DNA of 18,072 nucleotides from Promethearchaeota archaeon (GTDB lineage Archaea > Asgardarchaeota > Lokiarchaeia > Sigyniarchaeales > SOKP01), in NCBI GenBank assembly GCA_048941285.1, contig JBHLNS010000058.1, positions 1-18,072 of the forward strand, written 5' to 3'. Position 1 is the first letter of the stretch; each line of letters opens with the position of its first letter. A program made the position numbers and the translations under genes. The notes under the pieces were generated by a model. It was not told where the DNA came from and did no database searches. It saw only the letters and a list, made by a program, of their open reading frames with translations. Shown here piece after piece: positions 17,110 to 18,072 of the stretch.

Positions 17110-17154
17110 AAAACGATAAAGGGACGAAGTTTGTTAGACTTTTTTATCGGTTTT
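17110..17154. terminator. Stem-loop between convergent genes (possible bidirectional terminator or processing element)
   Basis: CGATAAA (17114-17120) pairs with TTTATCG (17143-17149), and inner AAGTTT pairs with AGACTT. Flanked by A and T runs. Confidence 0.4.
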
Positions 17155-17202
17155 TCCATGTACTTTTATTTATCACATTTTAAAAAAAGTATTTGACAAT
17201 TT

Positions 17203-18072
17203 TTAAAAGAATGCGTCCATCTTTTTGATTCCCTTAATTTCTTCATACGTGATACCTAATGCGTCTAAGACCTGTTCTAATGCTGAGATTAATAGTTCTT
17301 TATATTTTTTAGTATCAATGTCCTGGAGTTTAGCTAGTTCGAGCGCTTTCGCCCCGATGGTTCCCTTACTTTTGATGAAACTTATTGTTTCACCTTTCTG
17401 ATATTCTTTTCCAGTCACATCTCGTAGTTCTAATGCAGCTCTCACATGTTGAGGAACTACTTTAGTATAATTCTTAAGATCCTTTTGTAATCCAATATTA
17501 ATCGCGTAATCTTCTAAAGTAAAAGCATCTGGTTTACCTATTTTTTTAAGATTTTCTCTTACAATTTCTATTATTCTATCCTTTGCTTTTATGAATTCAT
17601 CATTTTTTGTGATATTTTTAAGGATTTCAATTAATTCACTAAACACAGTTTTGATAAAATCTGGTGTATTTTTCTTTTTTGCGACTAACCCTTTTACATC
17701 GGTGTATTTAGTATCCTTATAAATCCCGATATAATTTTTTTTTCTTTCAGAAAGAGCTAAAAATTGATAGGTCTTTTCTTCTTCTAAATCAAGATCAAGT
17801 TCCTTTTTACTCCAATCAGATATCTCTTTCATCTGATCTTTTGTTGGATTTTTAAGAAACACGGAATCAGTATCACCATATAAAACTTTTACCCCTAATT
17901 GTTCTGCTTTATTAATTGTTTGTTTGATAGAGTACTGCCCAATTCCTGTAGTGCTTTCTGCTACAGGCAAACAAAACAAAGGGAAATTTTGGGAGCCAAA
18001 AACACCATAGGAACCATTAATAAATACTTTGAGCGCTTGTTGTATTGTTAAATAATAATTTCGTTGCTTTTC
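17203..18072 (-). CDS. polB: Family B DNA polymerase, PolB1-like, C-terminal part (gene begins beyond the right edge of the window)
   Basis: The frame is open to 18072: QQALKVFINGSYGVFG (region III), LYGDTDSVF (region I), KKNY, DVKGLVAKKKNTPDFIK, PQHVRAA, and a C-terminal PIP-like KMDAFF. Confidence 0.96.
   Translation of the reverse strand, partial: EKQRNYYLTIQQALKVFINGSYGVFGSQNFPLFCLPVAESTTGIGQYSIKQTINKAEQLGVKVLYGDTDSVFLKNPTKDQMKEISDWSKKELDLDLEEEKTYQFLALSERKKNYIGIYKDTKYTDVKGLVAKKKNTPDFIKTVFSELIEILKNITKNDEFIKAKDRIIEIVRENLKKIGKPDAFTLEDYAINIGLQKDLKNYTKVVPQHVRAALELRDVTGKEYQKGETISFIKSKGTIGAKALELAKLQDIDTKKYKELLISALEQVLDALGITYEEIKGIKKMDAFF

Noticed and set aside
17055-17150. c-di-GMP riboswitch or SECIS element
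   Set aside because: Only a GGGACG hexamer resembles the riboswitch, and it lies between two 3' ends. No in-frame UGA selenoprotein candidate was seen in the flanking genes.
17203-17979. ORF-track start of polB at 17979
   Set aside because: The frame stays open through conserved region III to the window edge, so the true start is outside the window.
1-18072. CRISPR array, tRNA/rRNA, transposase or integrase
   Set aside because: I saw no regularly spaced repeats, GC-rich structural RNA islands or recombinase motifs.

Overview
This is a very AT-rich (roughly 25-30% GC by eye), gene-dense archaeal chromosomal segment, most consistent with an Asgard archaeon of the Lokiarchaeia type. That assignment is inferred from a PolB1-type polymerase, a tetraether synthase, BRE/TATA promoters, a standalone 7TM protein and bacterial-type TetR/SDR/hydrolase genes. 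From left to right it holds: a GNAT acetyltransferase missed by the ORF track (runs off the left edge), a standalone 7-TM protein, a NadM-like nucleotidyltransferase, an orphan Mre11/SbcD nuclease, a multi-pass membrane PHP phosphoesterase, a small protein with an acidic tail ending in an HbYX-like motif, an epoxide-hydrolase-like alpha/beta hydrolase, a 70-aa ORF with a canonical promoter, a TetR regulator, a SAP/Rho-N + SWIM + OB-like protein, two tandem retinol-dehydrogenase-like SDRs, pncB, a Tes/GDGT-MAS radical SAM enzyme abutting a 95-aa ORF, a hydrolase remnant, a CTP-dependent polyprenol/phytol kinase, and the 3' part of a family B DNA polymerase. I saw no CRISPR array, tRNA/rRNA or mobile element. 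The best leads are the Tes locus (apparent natural Tyr->Phe at a mechanistically studied position, a coupled partner ORF and a neighbouring isoprenoid kinase), the HbYX-tailed protein, the SAP-SWIM-OB protein and a FadR/YsiA-like operator near the TetR gene. All family calls come from motif recognition by eye; no database searches were run.
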